This document shows, piece after piece, positions 62,043-64,000 of a stretch of 64,000 nt of DNA. Each line of letters opens with the position of its first letter. The first letter of the stretch is position 1. The DNA comes from an uncultured Verrucomicrobiae bacterium (GTDB lineage: Bacteria > Verrucomicrobiota > Verrucomicrobiia > Limisphaerales > Palsa-1400). Location of the stretch: the NCBI GenBank assembly GCA_963702845.1, contig OY969763.1, positions 416,001 through 480,000 of the forward strand. The letters run 5' to 3'. Both the position numbers and the translations under genes were made by a program. Under the pieces are notes generated by a model. It was not told the DNA's origin. It made no database searches and saw only the letters and a program-made list of their open reading frames with translations.

Positions 62043-62157
62043 GACAAGAACTTTGGATGCCGCAGTGTAAAATCAAGTCAATTAAAGATCAGAAAGTCAA
62101 AAAAAAAGGTTCTAAGCCGATTGGTTTACAAGTAGAATGTAGGGACAAACCTTACAT

Positions 62158-63333
62158 ATGTCCAAGCCCGCGGTTGTCATCAGTTCGATGCCACCCCGCA
62201 CCCAAAGCTACTTTGATTGGCTTATTACTGGGTTGGGGATCCTGCAGGAAGAAGGCCGGGCGACATTGCGATTTGAGGACCGTTGGTGGAACAGGGCGCT
62301 GCGTGCTCACCCAAAGGTGATGGCGGCTGCCTGGCGAATGGGGGATGATTTTGTGGAGTTCGTTTCGCCGATGGATGCAGTTTGTCTCACGGGCCGGGTG
62401 GAAGTGGGGGATAAGGTCGTGAGTTTTGCAATGGACGTAGCGGATGCGCCGTTTAATTTTGCGCTCGGGCACCTTGAAGCAGCTGATCTGTATTTCAAGT
62501 GTCAGTGCCCGAAGTCATTCGAACCTGAGGGTTACTCGCTCAACCGGCATTTGCGAATCCCATATCACCCGGAAGTGTTCCGGCTGAAGCATAAGATTCG
62601 CCCGGGGATGTTGGGCCGGCCGTTGGCGGTCGGGACGGATTTAAAAAAGAATTTACGGGTGTTGCGGCAATGGGAAGCGGCGGCGAATCCGAGGAAGGAT
62701 GTGCGGATTTTTGCGTCGTTTGCGCATGACCGAGGTGTGAAGCCGAGGACGTCGCGGGATCGGTTGCCGTCGGCGTTTAATTATGAGAGCGAGAATTCGC
62801 TGATCAAACGTTGGGGCGGCCAGATTCATCATCCGAATCGGAAACGGGAGCGCATCGTGGAGATGTTGCGGCGGATGGAGAAGCCGGATGTGAACGCGCG
62901 GATTTGGAAGACGGAGAATGCGGCGGTGGGCGGACCGATGCTGAGCGAGGATGAGTATCGCGCGATGGTCGGGCGTTCGGCGGTGGTGGTGAATGTGTCG
63001 GGATTGCGGCGGAGTTTGCCGTTTCGGTTTATGGACGCGTTTATCTGCGGCGCTGCGGTTGCGACGGATACGGTTGGAACGCGCTGGCCGCAGCCGTGGG
63101 AGATGGGCACAGAGATTTTTGAGATTGGCGATTTGGGTTATGAGTTGGACGAAGAAGTGGATTGGAAAGCGGTCGGAAAACGTTTTCAGGAAATTTATGA
63201 GCGGAACGGGCAGGGCGGCGAGCACTATAAAGCAGTGCAGGATTTGTATCGGAAAAAATGGGCGCCGCAGGTTTATGCAAAGTATGTGGTCGATGAGTGC
63301 TTGCAAGTAGTTGCGAGCAAGAGTTCAGAGTAA
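62158..63333 (+). CDS. Hypothetical glycosyltransferase-like protein
   Basis: Long ORF; C-terminal EY...V.RS..V.N..G......FRF.DAF.CG resembles a GT-B donor domain; next gene is a glycosyltransferase. Confidence 0.5.
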   Translation: MSKPAVVISSMPPRTQSYFDWLITGLGILQEEGRATLRFEDRWWNRALRAHPKVMAAAWRMGDDFVEFVSPMDAVCLTGRVEVGDKVVSFAMDVADAPFNFALGHLEAADLYFKCQCPKSFEPEGYSLNRHLRIPYHPEVFRLKHKIRPGMLGRPLAVGTDLKKNLRVLRQWEAAANPRKDVRIFASFAHDRGVKPRTSRDRLPSAFNYESENSLIKRWGGQIHHPNRKRERIVEMLRRMEKPDVNARIWKTENAAVGGPMLSEDEYRAMVGRSAVVVNVSGLRRSLPFRFMDAFICGAAVATDTVGTRWPQPWEMGTEIFEIGDLGYELDEEVDWKAVGKRFQEIYERNGQGGEHYKAVQDLYRKKWAPQVYAKYVVDECLQVVASKSSE

Positions 63334-63360
63334 ATGTCGTTGAGTAGCAGCATTCGCAGT

Positions 63361-64000
63361 ATGACAAAAGCAATGCCCATGGCCGTTGTCACGACGGTCC
63401 AAGGCCCAACAAAATCCATACACAGCCTGCTGGAGACGCTGCGTCCGGCTGGCTGTCCGTTGCTGATTATTGGCGACGAAAAAGGGCCGGTGTCTTACGA
63501 GGTTGAAGGCGCGGAGCTCTTCACGCTGAAACGGCAGTCGGGTTTGTCGTATAAGCTCGCCGGGATGTTGTCCACTGGACATTACACGCGCAAGAATCTC
63601 GGCTATCTCGTGGCCATGACTCGCGGCGCGACGTGCATTTACGAAACGGACGATGACAATGCGCCGCTGCCGAATTGGAACTGGCGCGAGCAACGCACGT
63701 GCGCGCGCAAAGTGCCGCGCACCGGATGGATCAATGCGTATCGGTCTTTTTCGGACGAGCATATTTGGCCGCGTGGTTTTCCGCTCGACCTGTGCCACAT
63801 CAGCCTGACGCATAATAGTATTTCCAAAGATGTGTTCCCGGTGGACTCGCCGATTCAGCAAGGATTGGCGAACGGTTCGCCGGACGTGGATGCGTTGTGG
63901 CGGTTGATGATGGATAAGACGATCGCATTCCGCGAAGCGCCGAGTTTGTATCTGCCGAAAGGCGCGTGGTGCCCGTTCAATAGCCAGAGCACGTGGTGGT
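63361..64000 (+). CDS. STELLO/DUF288-family glycosyltransferase-like protein (runs off window; absent from ORF track)
   Basis: Hand translation: VVTTV..PT, IGDEKGP, HYTRKNLGYL.A, IYETDDDN, IWPRGFPL, IQQGLANGSPDVDA, CPFNSQSTWW. Confidence 0.85.
   Translation, partial: MTKAMPMAVVTTVQGPTKSIHSLLETLRPAGCPLLIIGDEKGPVSYEVEGAELFTLKRQSGLSYKLAGMLSTGHYTRKNLGYLVAMTRGATCIYETDDDNAPLPNWNWREQRTCARKVPRTGWINAYRSFSDEHIWPRGFPLDLCHISLTHNSISKDVFPVDSPIQQGLANGSPDVDALWRLMMDKTIAFREAPSLYLPKGAWCPFNSQSTWW

Overview
Bacterial chromosomal window, most likely Verrucomicrobiota (Pedosphaera-like). This is inferred from the PVC-type heme protein, the Ser/Thr kinase-ECF sigma pair, the secreted Ig-repeat proteins and the short intergenic repeats. 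It holds about 45 genes: sucB-lpdA, pyk, tRNA-Leu(GAG), a DEAD-box helicase, a dense signalling block, glycan-modification genes, a ParE/RelE toxin-antitoxin pair and three very large secreted modular proteins. Many genes carry patchy frameshifts that look like long-read indel errors. The best find is a ~1654-bp IS110-family element of IS1111-type layout (~25915-27568, minus strand) that splits a murein-peptide-amidase-like gene. Its 3' non-coding end folds by eye into two stem/internal-loop/stem modules. The loops match the reconstructed target (GCATT-AG-CTGAAGC) and the element's own circle junction, so this is a readable bridge/seekRNA with an apparent AG core. The second find is a dispersed non-coding module in three intergenic regions (~12.4, 17.6, 58.7 kb): a near-consensus sigma70 promoter with a conserved GYTGCTTYA spacer, hairpin(s) and a boxA-like TCTTTG, followed in two copies by 10-bp-phased repeats and no convincing gene immediately downstream. 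All family assignments come from motif recognition by eye; no searches or folding programs were run.
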